Below are positions 8,685-17,759 of a stretch of DNA of 64,000 nucleotides, in pieces. Source of the DNA: Eubacteriales bacterium (lineage in GTDB: Bacteria > Bacillota > Clostridia > Christensenellales > UBA1750). Made by a program: the position numbers and the translations under genes. The notes beneath the pieces were generated by a model that saw only the letters and a program-made list of their open reading frames with translations, did no database searches and had not been told where the DNA came from. Positions within the stretch are counted from its first letter, which is position 1; each line of letters opens with the position of its first letter. Location: assembly GCA_031551255.1 (NCBI GenBank), contig JAVBNW010000068.1, positions 1,428 to 65,427 on the forward strand, in the 5' to 3' direction.

Positions 8685-9674
8685 TTACCAATGGTACTTT
8701 CCGGACTTCACTCCCTCAAGCAATTCCAGTTGCCTGCCCCGGTCGGGGATTTTCACTCTTTTTTCCACGGCATCGCATAGGGCTACATAAAGCTCCGGCC
8801 TTCTTTCCCCGCTAAGTCGCTCCGTCACATCGCCAATCCCGGTCAAACCAGCGTTGAAGTACCAATCCGGCTGCACTTTTTTATCGTCAAGGTCGATTTG
8901 CTTCGTAACGATAACATTTCTTTCAAAGCCGGCGTCGGCAAGCACCTGCCCCCAGCGATCGATCACACTGCTTTTTCCGGCGCACTGATAGCCGTAATTT
9001 TTAGAGGTTACAAGATAGACGCCGTTGTCGTTTGCCCTGGTCCTGAGCGTAGCCTCCCCGATGGCGTCGTACCAGTTGTACCCGAATGTAGGGTGAAAGA
9101 TGACCTCGGCGCCCTTTAAGGACAAAACTCGGACGGTTTCCGGAAACATCATGTCGTAACAAATGCATATGCCGATCTTCCCAAAGTCCAGCTCGAACAC
9201 ATCCAAGCTGTCTCCGGCCGCGCATTGCCACGTTTCGTTGGCGGGCAGGTGCGTCTTTCGATATTCGCCGACGATCCGCCCCTTCCGGTCGAAAATCGCC
9301 GCAATGTTATAAACATATCCGCCGTGCTCTTTAAGATAGCACCCTATCACATACATGGAGTATCTCTTCGCAATCTCCGCAAAAGCCGCCTCCATCAGCG
9401 GGTGCGAAAACTTAACGAGCTGTGGAAATATGTTCGCAGCCGAAACATCCAGCGCAAAGGCCGACAGCACGGAGGCGTCCTCGCAGGTCGATACAATGTC
9501 GCAGCCCTGCTCGCCCGCCTCGTCAAGTAGTTTAGTCGTTATGGCAAGCTGCTTTTTTACATAGTTTTCGACGATGGCGGCGGGGTCGTTTACATACCCT
9601 TCCGAAACGGGCGAATACATCTGCGGAATGCCGATCAATGCCGGCTGTATGGCCGCTACCTTGACGTTTCTCAT
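8685..9674 (-). CDS. carbon-nitrogen hydrolase (nitrilase superfamily)
   Basis: MRNVKVAAIQP..., KTHLP, ICICYDMMFPE: the Glu-Lys-Cys triad context of CN_hydrolase. Confidence 0.8.
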   Translation of the reverse strand: MRNVKVAAIQPALIGIPQMYSPVSEGYVNDPAAIVENYVKKQLAITTKLLDEAGEQGCDIVSTCEDASVLSAFALDVSAANIFPQLVKFSHPLMEAAFAEIAKRYSMYVIGCYLKEHGGYVYNIAAIFDRKGRIVGEYRKTHLPANETWQCAAGDSLDVFELDFGKIGICICYDMMFPETVRVLSLKGAEVIFHPTFGYNWYDAIGEATLRTRANDNGVYLVTSKNYGYQCAGKSSVIDRWGQVLADAGFERNVIVTKQIDLDDKKVQPDWYFNAGLTGIGDVTERLSGERRPELYVALCDAVEKRVKIPDRGRQLELLEGVKSGKYHW

Positions 9675-9705
9675 GCTCGCCCTCCATGTTGTTCATTTCA
9701 CACAG

Positions 9706-9732
9706 CGAACGTCCGATTGGCGGACGCCCGCT
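9706..9732 (+). repeat. 27-nt direct repeat, copy 1
   Basis: CGAACGTCCGATTGGCGGACGCCCGCT, identical to 9974-10000. Contains its own GTCCG-ATTGG-CGGAC hairpin. Confidence 0.9.
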
Positions 9733-9973
9733 CAGCGCGATGACAAGCTTAGGTTTGTCATCGCGCTATGCAAGCCCTTCAAATGACTGCGTCATTTGCG
9801 GCCGGGCTTGCAACCCAATCGGAATGAGCCTGTGCGCGCACAGGTCGCGCTCCGGCTCTTTTCAGGCGGGGCCTCGGCCCGCGCCCCGGAGAAGGAACGC
9901 ATTATACAAAGCCTTCTCCGGTTTCTGCATCTTTCTTTTCCTCTATTGATATTGACTTTGCCACCGGTCTGAC

Positions 9974-10000
9974 CGAACGTCCGATTGGCGGACGCCCGCT
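9974..10000 (+). repeat. 27-nt direct repeat, copy 2
   Basis: Perfect copy of 9706-9732, 241 nt downstream of copy 1. Confidence 0.9.
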
Positions 10001-10030
10001 GAAAGTCCGTATGCGGCTTTCTGCCTGCGC

Positions 10031-10915
10031 CTATATAACCATGGCCGAATACCCGGTGCGGTAGCTCTCGCCGGGCTTCAAAATGCGTACATAGGGCTTA
10101 TCCTCCATATTGCCGCTCTCGCCTTGAAGTGCCGGTATGCCGCTCCAGGGCTCCAGGCAGACGTACGGCGCATTTTTGCCGGGCGCGCTCCACACGCCCA
10201 GCGCGTCGAATTTGGGAAACGAAAAGAACACGCCCTTGCCGGTATCTTTATGTACGAGCTTCACCGAGCGGGAAGCAAGATTCGTCAGAATCAGCGCATC
10301 CTTTTCGTCGAAATACGCGTGCGTAAGCGGCAGGCGCATCCCGCCGGCCAGCGCGGGCAGGCGTTCCTTGCCGGTGATGATGCCCCCGCCGGGCGCAAGG
10401 GAATTCTCGCCGTCCTCGGCATAGGGGAATTCCAGCTCGTAATCCTCGAAGCGCTCGCCCTCGCGCATCGGGCATACAAAGCCGGGATGCCCGCCGATGC
10501 ACATCGGCATATCCCTATCCGAGCGGTTGTCGACGACAAACGTAGTGGAAAAGCCCTTGACGTCGATCGCGTGCACGATATGCAGCGTGAACTGAAACGG
10601 ATAGTTTGTAAGCGTTTCGGGGGTTTCCTCTATCGTCAGCTCGATAAAATCCTCGCCGATGCGCGCCTTTTGAAATTCCATCGCGCGCGTAAACCCGTGC
10701 TTTTTCATCGGGTACGGCTTGCCCGCGATGCGGATGGTATCCTCTACCGCCGAACCGACGATCGGAAACAACAGCGGCGAATGACTCGCCCACACCTTCG
10801 GATCGCCGTGCCAGATCATTTCCTTGCCGCCCGCCGGAACGAACGACGTAAGCTCGCCACCCGTGCTCCTGAATTTCGCGCGCGCGCCCTGGTAGCAAAG
10901 CTCAAACGTTTCCAC
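10031..10915 (-). CDS. aldose 1-epimerase family protein (LacX-like)
   Basis: GGELTSF...EMIWHGDPKVWASHSPLLFPIVG...HGF...GGHPGF is characteristic of the family. Confidence 0.8.
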   Translation of the reverse strand: METFELCYQGARAKFRSTGGELTSFVPAGGKEMIWHGDPKVWASHSPLLFPIVGSAVEDTIRIAGKPYPMKKHGFTRAMEFQKARIGEDFIELTIEETPETLTNYPFQFTLHIVHAIDVKGFSTTFVVDNRSDRDMPMCIGGHPGFVCPMREGERFEDYELEFPYAEDGENSLAPGGGIITGKERLPALAGGMRLPLTHAYFDEKDALILTNLASRSVKLVHKDTGKGVFFSFPKFDALGVWSAPGKNAPYVCLEPWSGIPALQGESGNMEDKPYVRILKPGESYRTGYSAMVI

Positions 10916-10933
10916 GATAGACCCCTCCCTTAT

Positions 10934-11863
10934 CTAAACCGGCACGATCGTCTCGCTGAGCAACCACACGCCGGTATCCAGCTGCGACCAATCGCCCTCG
11001 GTCTTGAGCACATGTACGGGCTGAAACTGACGAAGCGTTCCGATCCTTAGCTCGTCTCCCGGCGCCGCGTATACGTTTGCGCTGGGCACCAGCACGCGGT
11101 AGGCGAGCGCGTCGGGGACGGGCGGCGTAGGAATAGCCGCGTTGTCTTTTTGCACCGTCACCTCTACCTGAGCGATCGTGACGCCGATGCCGTTGACCAC
11201 TTCCAGGCCCTGCTTGCCTTCGGAAAGCCCTTTGACTTTCATGCCCTCGATCGCATAGAAGCGATCAAAGCCCACGGGCTTAAGAGATACCCGCTTATCA
11301 GTATACGGGCCCGGCATCCGAACATCCATCGAGATCTCTTGCCCAACGCCCAGCTTCAGGCTGGTTCCGGGCCATATCTCGGCCACCATAGCGGGCCCCG
11401 CTTGCACTTGACGCCACAGCACGCTGATGCGCGGGCTCTCGTAGATCGCATCTTCCGTTTCGATGGCGATGTTGAGCGCAAGAATCGCAGGATCGATCAA
11501 AATGTCCAAATCCTGCGGGCCGCTGAGCTTAAGGTCGGTCTGCGAAGGGTCCAAAAGGCCGTCCGGGTCGACATCCCTCAAATAGGCCAAATTCCCCTTC
11601 GCGGGAATCGGTTCGCCCGATTCAGTAACAAACGTAAACGCGAGTTTCGCCTTGCCGGTAAGCGCCTGATCGCAGTCGATCAGCAAAATGCCGTCGGCAT
11701 AGGTGGCGTTCAGGCGGCCGTCGTTGCCTCCCTCAGGGTTGCCGACCAGCACGCGCAGAGTCTTTACGGGCTTGTCCGCAGCGCTGGAGGCGGCGGCTCC
11801 CACCGGGAACGCAAACAAACACACCGCCGCAAAAAAGGCGATCGCTTTCTTCATCCAAATCAA
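10934..11863 (-). CDS. secreted protein with C-terminal SH3b-like domain
   Basis: Signal peptide MKKAIAFFAAVCLFAFPVGAAASSA. C-terminus VYAAPGDELRIGTLRQFQPVHVLKTEGDWSQLDTGVWL is SH3b-like. True start may be 11854. Confidence 0.6.
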   Translation of the reverse strand: MIWMKKAIAFFAAVCLFAFPVGAAASSAADKPVKTLRVLVGNPEGGNDGRLNATYADGILLIDCDQALTGKAKLAFTFVTESGEPIPAKGNLAYLRDVDPDGLLDPSQTDLKLSGPQDLDILIDPAILALNIAIETEDAIYESPRISVLWRQVQAGPAMVAEIWPGTSLKLGVGQEISMDVRMPGPYTDKRVSLKPVGFDRFYAIEGMKVKGLSEGKQGLEVVNGIGVTIAQVEVTVQKDNAAIPTPPVPDALAYRVLVPSANVYAAPGDELRIGTLRQFQPVHVLKTEGDWSQLDTGVWLLSETIVPV

Positions 11864-12051
11864 CTCCTGTCGTCTCTTTCCATTCGTTCATTAAACTGGA
11901 ACGGTATCAAGAAAGTTGCGTATAGGAGCCTAGGGCCTGCTCGCATCATTGGAAATGCCAAATTCCGAGACGATTTTGCGCTAGGCATGGCGCAAGAAAG
12001 GACGCCCTTTCGGCGCAAATGCCGATAGCTGCGGCAGGAGCGCAAACAAGC

Positions 12052-12861
12052 CTAACCGATGCGCGAAGGGCAATAGATCATCGACGCCGTGCCCAAAACC
12101 GCGTACCTGGCGGGTTCCTCGCCGAAGCCGTGCTCGGAAGGCCCGGAATCGGCGGTTCCCGCCATCAGTTTCCCGCACAGGGCGATCATATCCCGAATGG
12201 TCGCAAGCGTCACGGGATTATATCCTTTCTCGCCGGGTTTACCCGCCTGGCTGATGTGCCCGGGCCAAAATGTCGGGCGCTCCATGCCTTGCAATTTTAT
12301 CTGAAAGCCTTTGAGCTCTTTTTTATAGTCCGCCACGCTCAGCGCATAGGGCACCTGCATCCATACGCCGACGCCCGAGCCGATCGCATCCCCGGTGTAT
12401 ACCATGCCGTTGTTTTTTTGGTGAAGCGCGATGGAGCCCGGCGTGTGCCCGGCCACGAGCATCGCCTCCACCTCGAAGCCGCCGCCCAGGTCGATCACCT
12501 GGCCGTCGCAAAGCGGGGTGATCCTATCGGGCAGCACCTCGCGGCCCTTCATATCGTCCGCAAACATCGCGTTCATGCGGGGCAAAATGGCGATGTCCTC
12601 GGGATGCATGTAGATCACGCTGAACGATGCGGCGTGCAAGTAGTGATCCCCGTGCGCATGGGTAACCGCCAGTTCGACCGGCAACTTGGTAAGGCTTCGA
12701 ATCACCGAACCCAAGTCCCCCGCGCCGAAGCCGGTGTCGATCAGTAGCGCCTTATCCCTACCCTCTATTAAGTAACAAGTCGAATCGGACGAATCCTCGA
12801 TCGACCATACGCGCGGAGCGATTTCGTACACTTCGTATTCCATGGTGTCTTTCGGCGGCAT
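12052..12861 (-). CDS. MBL-fold metallo-hydrolase
   Basis: Start moved to ATG 12861 (AAGGAGGG RBS) from track start 13278. LIDTGFG...THAHGDHY...AGHTPGS are metallo-beta-lactamase motifs. Confidence 0.8.
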   Translation of the reverse strand: MPPKDTMEYEVYEIAPRVWSIEDSSDSTCYLIEGRDKALLIDTGFGAGDLGSVIRSLTKLPVELAVTHAHGDHYLHAASFSVIYMHPEDIAILPRMNAMFADDMKGREVLPDRITPLCDGQVIDLGGGFEVEAMLVAGHTPGSIALHQKNNGMVYTGDAIGSGVGVWMQVPYALSVADYKKELKGFQIKLQGMERPTFWPGHISQAGKPGEKGYNPVTLATIRDMIALCGKLMAGTADSGPSEHGFGEEPARYAVLGTASMIYCPSRIG

Positions 12862-12983
12862 GCGCTCGCCCTCCTTTTGCTGTAAAAGCCATGCTTTGCA
12901 CCTAGCGGCGCCCTTAGGCACGCCGCTTTGTCGGCACATCCAAAACGTTCTGCATTTGGCCCCGGCATTCCTGCGCCGCGGCC

Positions 12984-13012
12984 TTGACAAGCCGTGCGGG
13001 CGCAGGTACGAT
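12984..13012 (+). promoter_or_regulatory. sigma-70 promoter placed for a leaderless uxaA mRNA
   Basis: TTGACA (12984-12989), 17 nt, TACGAT (13007-13012). AGAAAT (6 nt) then ATG 13019, with no Shine-Dalgarno. Confidence 0.5.
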
Positions 13013-13018
13013 AGAAAT

Positions 13019-14497
13019 ATGAAGAAGCAGGAAAAAGCGCTTAGGATCAATCCCATCGACGACGTAGCCGTCGCGCTTACCGGCCTTGCGGCGGGCGAGA
13101 CGGCCGCAGGCGTTTCCGTGCTGGAGGCGATTCCGGCCGGCCATAAGTTTGCGCTCAGGTCCATCGCAAAGGGCGAGCCGGTGCGCAAATATGCTTTCCC
13201 CATCGGCCGGGCCAAGAAGGACATCCCCGCCGGGGCGTGGGTGCACACCCACAACGTGGAAACCCTGCTTAAGGGCACGATTGGTTACGAATATCACCCC
13301 CATCCTGCGCCGCTTCCGCCGCCCCGGGATGCTTATTTTCAGGGTTATCGGCGCGCTGACGGCCGCTTTGGCACGCGCAACGAGCTGTGGATCGTGCACA
13401 CGATAGGCTGCGTTAACCGCTCGGCCGAGGCGATCGCGCGCGAGGCCTCGCGGCTGTATGGCGATAAGGTAGACGGCATTTACGCGTTCCCCCACCCGCT
13501 GGGTTGCGCACAGATGGGGGCGGATCTTCAAAACGCCCGCGATGCGCTGCTCGCGCTCGCCCGCCACCCCAACGCGGGCGGCGTGCTGGTGCTGGGGCTC
13601 GGGTGCGAATACATTCAGATGGACGAATTTAAGGCTTCTTTGAAAGATTACAATACCGACCGGTTCCGGTTTTTAGTTTCGCAGGATGTTGAAGATGAAG
13701 TTGCCGAAGGCGTCAGGCTCATCGGCGAGCTCGCCGAAACCGCCGGGAAGGACCGCCGCGAGCGCGCGCACATCCGCCATCTGGCGATAGGCCTTAAATG
13801 CGGCGGGTCGGACGGCCTGTCCGGCGTTACGGCAAACCCGCTGCTGGGCTCGTTTTCCGACAGGCTGTGCGCGGCGGGCGGCACGACATTGATGACTGAG
13901 GTTTCCGAAATGTTTGGAGCGGAAGGGCTTTTGATGAACCGCTGCCAAGATGAAGCCACGTTTGACAAGGTCGTTCACATGATCAACAGCGTGAAGGAAG
14001 AGTACATTGCGAGCGGGCAGGTAATTTACGAAAACCCTTCGCCCGGCAATAAGGCGGGCGGCATCACCACGCTGGAGGATAAATCCCTGGGCTGCACGCA
14101 AAAGGGCGGTCTTGGGCCGGTGTGCGATGCGCTGCCGTACGCGCGCCATTTTGAAAAGCAGGGGCTTAATCTGGTTACGTCCCCAAGCTTCGATATGGTA
14201 TCGGTTACCTCGCTGGCCCTTGCCGGCGCGCAGCTCGTGCTGTTTACCACCGGGCGCGGAACGCCCTACGGGGGGCCTGTGCCTACGATCAAAATTTCCA
14301 CCAACTCGCCGCTCGCCAAGAAGAAGCCGGGCTGGATCGATTTTGACGCCGGACGGCTCGTCGAAACCGGAGACCTTGACGTGATGTCGGAAGAGTTTTT
14401 TGATTACGTGCTTAGCGTGGCGTCCGGCGAGCCGTGCGCGAACGAGCGCGGCGGATACCGCGAAATTACCATCCATAAAACAGGCGTAACTCTATAA
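13019..14497 (+). CDS. uxaA: altronate dehydratase (UxaA family)
   Basis: SAF-domain N-terminus (INPIDDVAVAL...IPAGHKFALRSIAKGEPVRKY) and GD_AH_C-type C-terminus. Followed by uxaC. Confidence 0.85.
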   Translation: MKKQEKALRINPIDDVAVALTGLAAGETAAGVSVLEAIPAGHKFALRSIAKGEPVRKYAFPIGRAKKDIPAGAWVHTHNVETLLKGTIGYEYHPHPAPLPPPRDAYFQGYRRADGRFGTRNELWIVHTIGCVNRSAEAIAREASRLYGDKVDGIYAFPHPLGCAQMGADLQNARDALLALARHPNAGGVLVLGLGCEYIQMDEFKASLKDYNTDRFRFLVSQDVEDEVAEGVRLIGELAETAGKDRRERAHIRHLAIGLKCGGSDGLSGVTANPLLGSFSDRLCAAGGTTLMTEVSEMFGAEGLLMNRCQDEATFDKVVHMINSVKEEYIASGQVIYENPSPGNKAGGITTLEDKSLGCTQKGGLGPVCDALPYARHFEKQGLNLVTSPSFDMVSVTSLALAGAQLVLFTTGRGTPYGGPVPTIKISTNSPLAKKKPGWIDFDAGRLVETGDLDVMSEEFFDYVLSVASGEPCANERGGYREITIHKTGVTL

Positions 14498-14525
14498 ACC
14501 CAGCCTGCAAAGGGGGATAAGCACC

Positions 14526-15941
14526 ATGCGCTTTCTCGACGAGGATTTTTTGTTGGAGGGCTTAACCGCCCGCGCGCTGTATCACGAGGTAGCCGAGGAT
14601 TTGCCGATCATCGACTATCACTGCCACCTAAGCCCGCGCGAGATCTTCGAAAACAAGCCCTACCCAAGCATCGGGCAAATGATGCTGGGCGGGGATCACT
14701 ACAAATGGCGGGCCATGCGGGCATGGGGCGCTTCCGAATCCTCCATCTGCGGCGCGGATGACGACTTTGACAAATTTTTCGCGTTCTCCTCCACGCTTTC
14801 TTGCGCGCAGGGCAACCCGCTGATGCACTGGACACATTTAGAGCTCAAGCGGGTATTCGGCATCGAGGAAACCCTCTCCCCCGCCACCGCGCGGGATATC
14901 TTCGATCGCGCCGGCGAGCAACTCGATAGGGACGACCTGCGCCCCCGCGGGCTGATCGAAAAGTTCGACACGCGCATCGTGTGCACGACCGACGACCCTG
15001 CAGATAGCCTCGCCTACCACGAGGCGCTCGCGAAGGAGAGCCTGCCGTTCCGGGTGTTCCCGGCGTTCCGGCCCGATAAGGCGATGAAGATCCGCGATGC
15101 GGGCTTTCCTACCTATGTGCGGGCGCTGGGCAAGGCGGCGGGCGTGGCGATACATAGTCTGAGCGGCCTTATGGATGCACTCGAAATGCGCCTGATCGCA
15201 TTTCACGAATTGGGCGCGCGCGTTTCCGACCACGGCCTGGACGACTTTGATTTCATCCGGACCGACGCCTCCACCGCAAGCCGCATCTACCGCGAGGCGA
15301 TGGCGGGGCGCTCGGTCAGCGCCTACGACTTTTTGCGGTTCCGCAGTTTCCTGCTCACGTGGCTCGGCGCGCGCTATGCCGAGCGCGGCTGGGTGCAACA
15401 ATACCACCTAAGCGCGCTGCGCAACAACAACACGCGGATGTTCCATGCATTGGGGCCGGACACGGGCTTTGACTCCATGGACGACGTCTCGGTCGCAAAG
15501 CCGCTATCCCGCCTGCTCGATGCGATGGATACGAGGGGAGAATTACCCAAGACGATCCTGTATTCCCTCAACCCCAACGACAACCACACCCTGGCGGCGA
15601 TGATCGGCAACTTCCAGGGGACGGAGCGCGGCAAATTGCAATGGGGCTCGGCCTGGTGGTTTAACGATCAGCGCGACGGCATGGAGGCGCAGCTGCGCAC
15701 GCTGGGCAACCTGGGGTTGCTGGGGTGCTTTGTGGGCATGCTCACCGATTCGCGCTCGTTCGTATCCTACACGCGGCACGAGTACTTCCGCAGGATCTTC
15801 TGCAATCTGATCGGCAAGTGGGTAGACGCGGGCGAGCTGCCCGGCGATCCGGAGCCGCTGCTCACGCTGGTGGAGGACGTATGCTTCCACAACGCGATAC
15901 GCTACTTTAGTATGGCCGCGCCCGAGGCGGACGCGCCATGA
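14526..15941 (+). CDS. uxaC: glucuronate isomerase
   Basis: MRFLDEDFLL...LYHEVAEDLPIIDYHCHLSPREI...HWTHLELKR is the canonical UxaC N-terminus. Confidence 0.9.
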   Translation: MRFLDEDFLLEGLTARALYHEVAEDLPIIDYHCHLSPREIFENKPYPSIGQMMLGGDHYKWRAMRAWGASESSICGADDDFDKFFAFSSTLSCAQGNPLMHWTHLELKRVFGIEETLSPATARDIFDRAGEQLDRDDLRPRGLIEKFDTRIVCTTDDPADSLAYHEALAKESLPFRVFPAFRPDKAMKIRDAGFPTYVRALGKAAGVAIHSLSGLMDALEMRLIAFHELGARVSDHGLDDFDFIRTDASTASRIYREAMAGRSVSAYDFLRFRSFLLTWLGARYAERGWVQQYHLSALRNNNTRMFHALGPDTGFDSMDDVSVAKPLSRLLDAMDTRGELPKTILYSLNPNDNHTLAAMIGNFQGTERGKLQWGSAWWFNDQRDGMEAQLRTLGNLGLLGCFVGMLTDSRSFVSYTRHEYFRRIFCNLIGKWVDAGELPGDPEPLLTLVEDVCFHNAIRYFSMAAPEADAP

Positions 15942-17074
15942 GCACGGCGCGCCTCATCACCAAAGAACAGGCGCGGCGCGCGTTGCTTTCGCACCAGGGG
16001 CTGTGGCCGCCCCGCTCCATGCGCGGCTGGCCGGACGCAAGCGCATTTTTTGCGCGCGTAGGCTCCATGCAGTTCGATCCGGTGGATGTCGCCGGCATCA
16101 GCCCGGAGATATCGCTGTGCGCGCGGGTGCGCGGCTTTCAGCGCAGGCACCTTGGCGATTGGCTGTACAAGCAGCGCTTTTTGTGCGACGTGTGGGACAA
16201 AAACGCGTGCGTCGCCCGCGTGGAGGACAACCCGTACTTGCTGGCGCACAGCATGGGCGTCGATTGGGGCTGGCGCGTGCGCAACAGGGATCAGGACGGC
16301 GTAGGCGCCGTGCCTGCCGTGCGCGAAAAATTGCGTACGGAAGGGCCATTGAGCACGGCCGCCTTCCAAAAAGATCCCGCGATGCGCGAAGCCCTTGCGC
16401 ACATGGTGAAAACAGGCGAAGTGGGGATCCATCACCGCGAGGGCAGGCGACGTTTTTTCGACCTGACCTTAAAGCTTATGCCCGAAGAAGCCTGCAGGCC
16501 CGTGGCGTGGACGCAATCGGAGCAGGCGGATTGGCTCGCGCTTCGCCGCATCGGCGCGGTAGGGTTTTTGTGGAACAAGCGCTCGGACGCGCTGCTGGGC
16601 ATGAACCTCTCTCCCGAGGAAAAGCGGGAGGCATTTGAACGACTCGCGGCGGACGGCCGAATCGTTCCTATGCAAGTGGAAGGCATCGGCGAGACGCTGT
16701 ACATGCGCGCGGGCGATGCGGACATGCTGGAAGCTCCGGAAAAACCGGCCAAAGCGGCTCTGCTCGGCCCGCTTGACAACCTTTTGTGGGATAGAATCCT
16801 CATTGAAAAGCTATTCGGCTTCACCTACCGCTGGGAGATCTACATACCTGATGAAAAGCGGCAGTACGGCTCCTACACTATCCCGATGCTGTACGGCGAC
16901 CGCTTCATCGGCAGAACACAACTTTCCAATACAAACGGAGAACTGGCGGTGCGCAGGTGGTGGGCGGAAGAAGGCGTAAAACCCACCAAGGCTATGCAGT
17001 GCGAGGCGCACGCCGCGCTCGCGGCGCACGCCGGCATGCTCGGATCGAACTATCAACCGATTGATTTGTGGTAA
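15938..17074 (+). CDS. winged-helix DUF1006 / YcaQ(AlkZ)-like protein
   Basis: ARVGSMQFDPVDVAGISPEISLCARV and the C-terminal YTIPMLYGDRFIGR pattern recall the YcaQ family. ATGA overlap with uxaC. Confidence 0.6.
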   Translation: MSTARLITKEQARRALLSHQGLWPPRSMRGWPDASAFFARVGSMQFDPVDVAGISPEISLCARVRGFQRRHLGDWLYKQRFLCDVWDKNACVARVEDNPYLLAHSMGVDWGWRVRNRDQDGVGAVPAVREKLRTEGPLSTAAFQKDPAMREALAHMVKTGEVGIHHREGRRRFFDLTLKLMPEEACRPVAWTQSEQADWLALRRIGAVGFLWNKRSDALLGMNLSPEEKREAFERLAADGRIVPMQVEGIGETLYMRAGDADMLEAPEKPAKAALLGPLDNLLWDRILIEKLFGFTYRWEIYIPDEKRQYGSYTIPMLYGDRFIGRTQLSNTNGELAVRRWWAEEGVKPTKAMQCEAHAALAAHAGMLGSNYQPIDLW

Positions 17075-17233
17075 AAGTATAGCATTGCCTAGCCTAGCAG
17101 AAACCGAACCCACGCGGTATTCCGGGGCAGGGAACACGGCGTGGCATCGTTGCCGCCACCGGGAGTGGCTGCGCCCCCGCCCGGAAAACTCGTTGGCCCC
17201 AAAACGCCTTGCGAGGATGCGATTCGAAGGCGA

Positions 17234-17268
17234 ATGCCCAAGAGCGGAGTGCGCTCTTGGGCATTTCT
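17234..17268. terminator. bidirectional terminator between convergent genes
   Basis: ATGCCCAAGAGCG-GAGTG-CGCTCTTGGGCAT 13-bp stem followed by TTCT. Confidence 0.6.
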
Positions 17269-17291
17269 CGCATGATGCAGACGACTCCTCT

Positions 17292-17744
17292 CTACCGCGC
17301 CGTTTGATTCACAAAATCGACTTCATACCGGCCCGCGCCGAACTGTTTCTCGTGGTCGATGATGATGCCGTTCGTGAGGCGGATGCGCAGCAGGCACGTG
17401 TTTTGGTCTTCCTCGTTGGTGTGGCCGTTATCGTACCATTTGGCAAACGCGGCGCGCAGTTTCTTCATCATTTCCGCATTTTTCTCATCGCGCACCCAGC
17501 CCAAGTTCTCGCCGATGCCGTGCCCGGTAAACCAAAACGTACATACGGCAACCTTGGGATTAGCCTCAATATGCCTCATTTTGGTGGATAGCGCGTAGGT
17601 CACGGTATAGACCGCGCCGTCCTCATAATAACCATCCACAAAGCGGACCTCATGACTTTCGCCGTTTACGGTTGAGATCGGCCAAAGTTCGTCTTTTCCG
17701 TATCGTTCTGCCATAATTTTGATTGCGTCGTCGTACATGCTCAT
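17292..17744 (-). CDS. pyridoxamine 5'-phosphate oxidase-like (general stress protein 26-type) protein
   Basis: About 150 aa. ELWPISTVNGESHEVRFVDGYYEDGAVY...IEANPKVAVC is consistent with the split-barrel FMN-binding fold. Confidence 0.6.
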   Translation of the reverse strand: MSMYDDAIKIMAERYGKDELWPISTVNGESHEVRFVDGYYEDGAVYTVTYALSTKMRHIEANPKVAVCTFWFTGHGIGENLGWVRDEKNAEMMKKLRAAFAKWYDNGHTNEEDQNTCLLRIRLTNGIIIDHEKQFGAGRYEVDFVNQTAR

Positions 17745-17759
17745 GGTTACCCCTCCGAT

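Noticed and set aside
9706-10000. CRISPR array
   Set aside because: There are only two 27-nt repeat copies, separated by 241 nt (far beyond spacer size), the intervening sequence is itself hairpin-rich, and no cas genes are present.
9995-10030. RNase P RNA (GAAAGTCCG 9-mer at 10001-10009)
   Set aside because: Only the 9-mer matches the P4 consensus. There is no matching 3' P4 strand, and the remaining sequence would run into the epimerase CDS.
10124-12747. Long plus-strand ORFs 10124..11050, 11150..12028 and 12019..12747
   Set aside because: Arg/His/Pro-rich antisense shadows of the epimerase, SH3b and MBL genes. The same reasoning applies to 13673..14476(-), 14838..15407(-), 15902..16435(-), 22707..23603(+), 31477..32226(+), 35742..36401(+), 42954..43694(+), 47777..48400(+), 52651..53658(+) and 59027..59863(+).
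15938-17074. Functional link between the YcaQ-like gene and uxaA-uxaC (ATGA overlap)
   Set aside because: The coupling is real in sequence, but I have no basis for a functional system. It is probably an operonic hitch-hiker.
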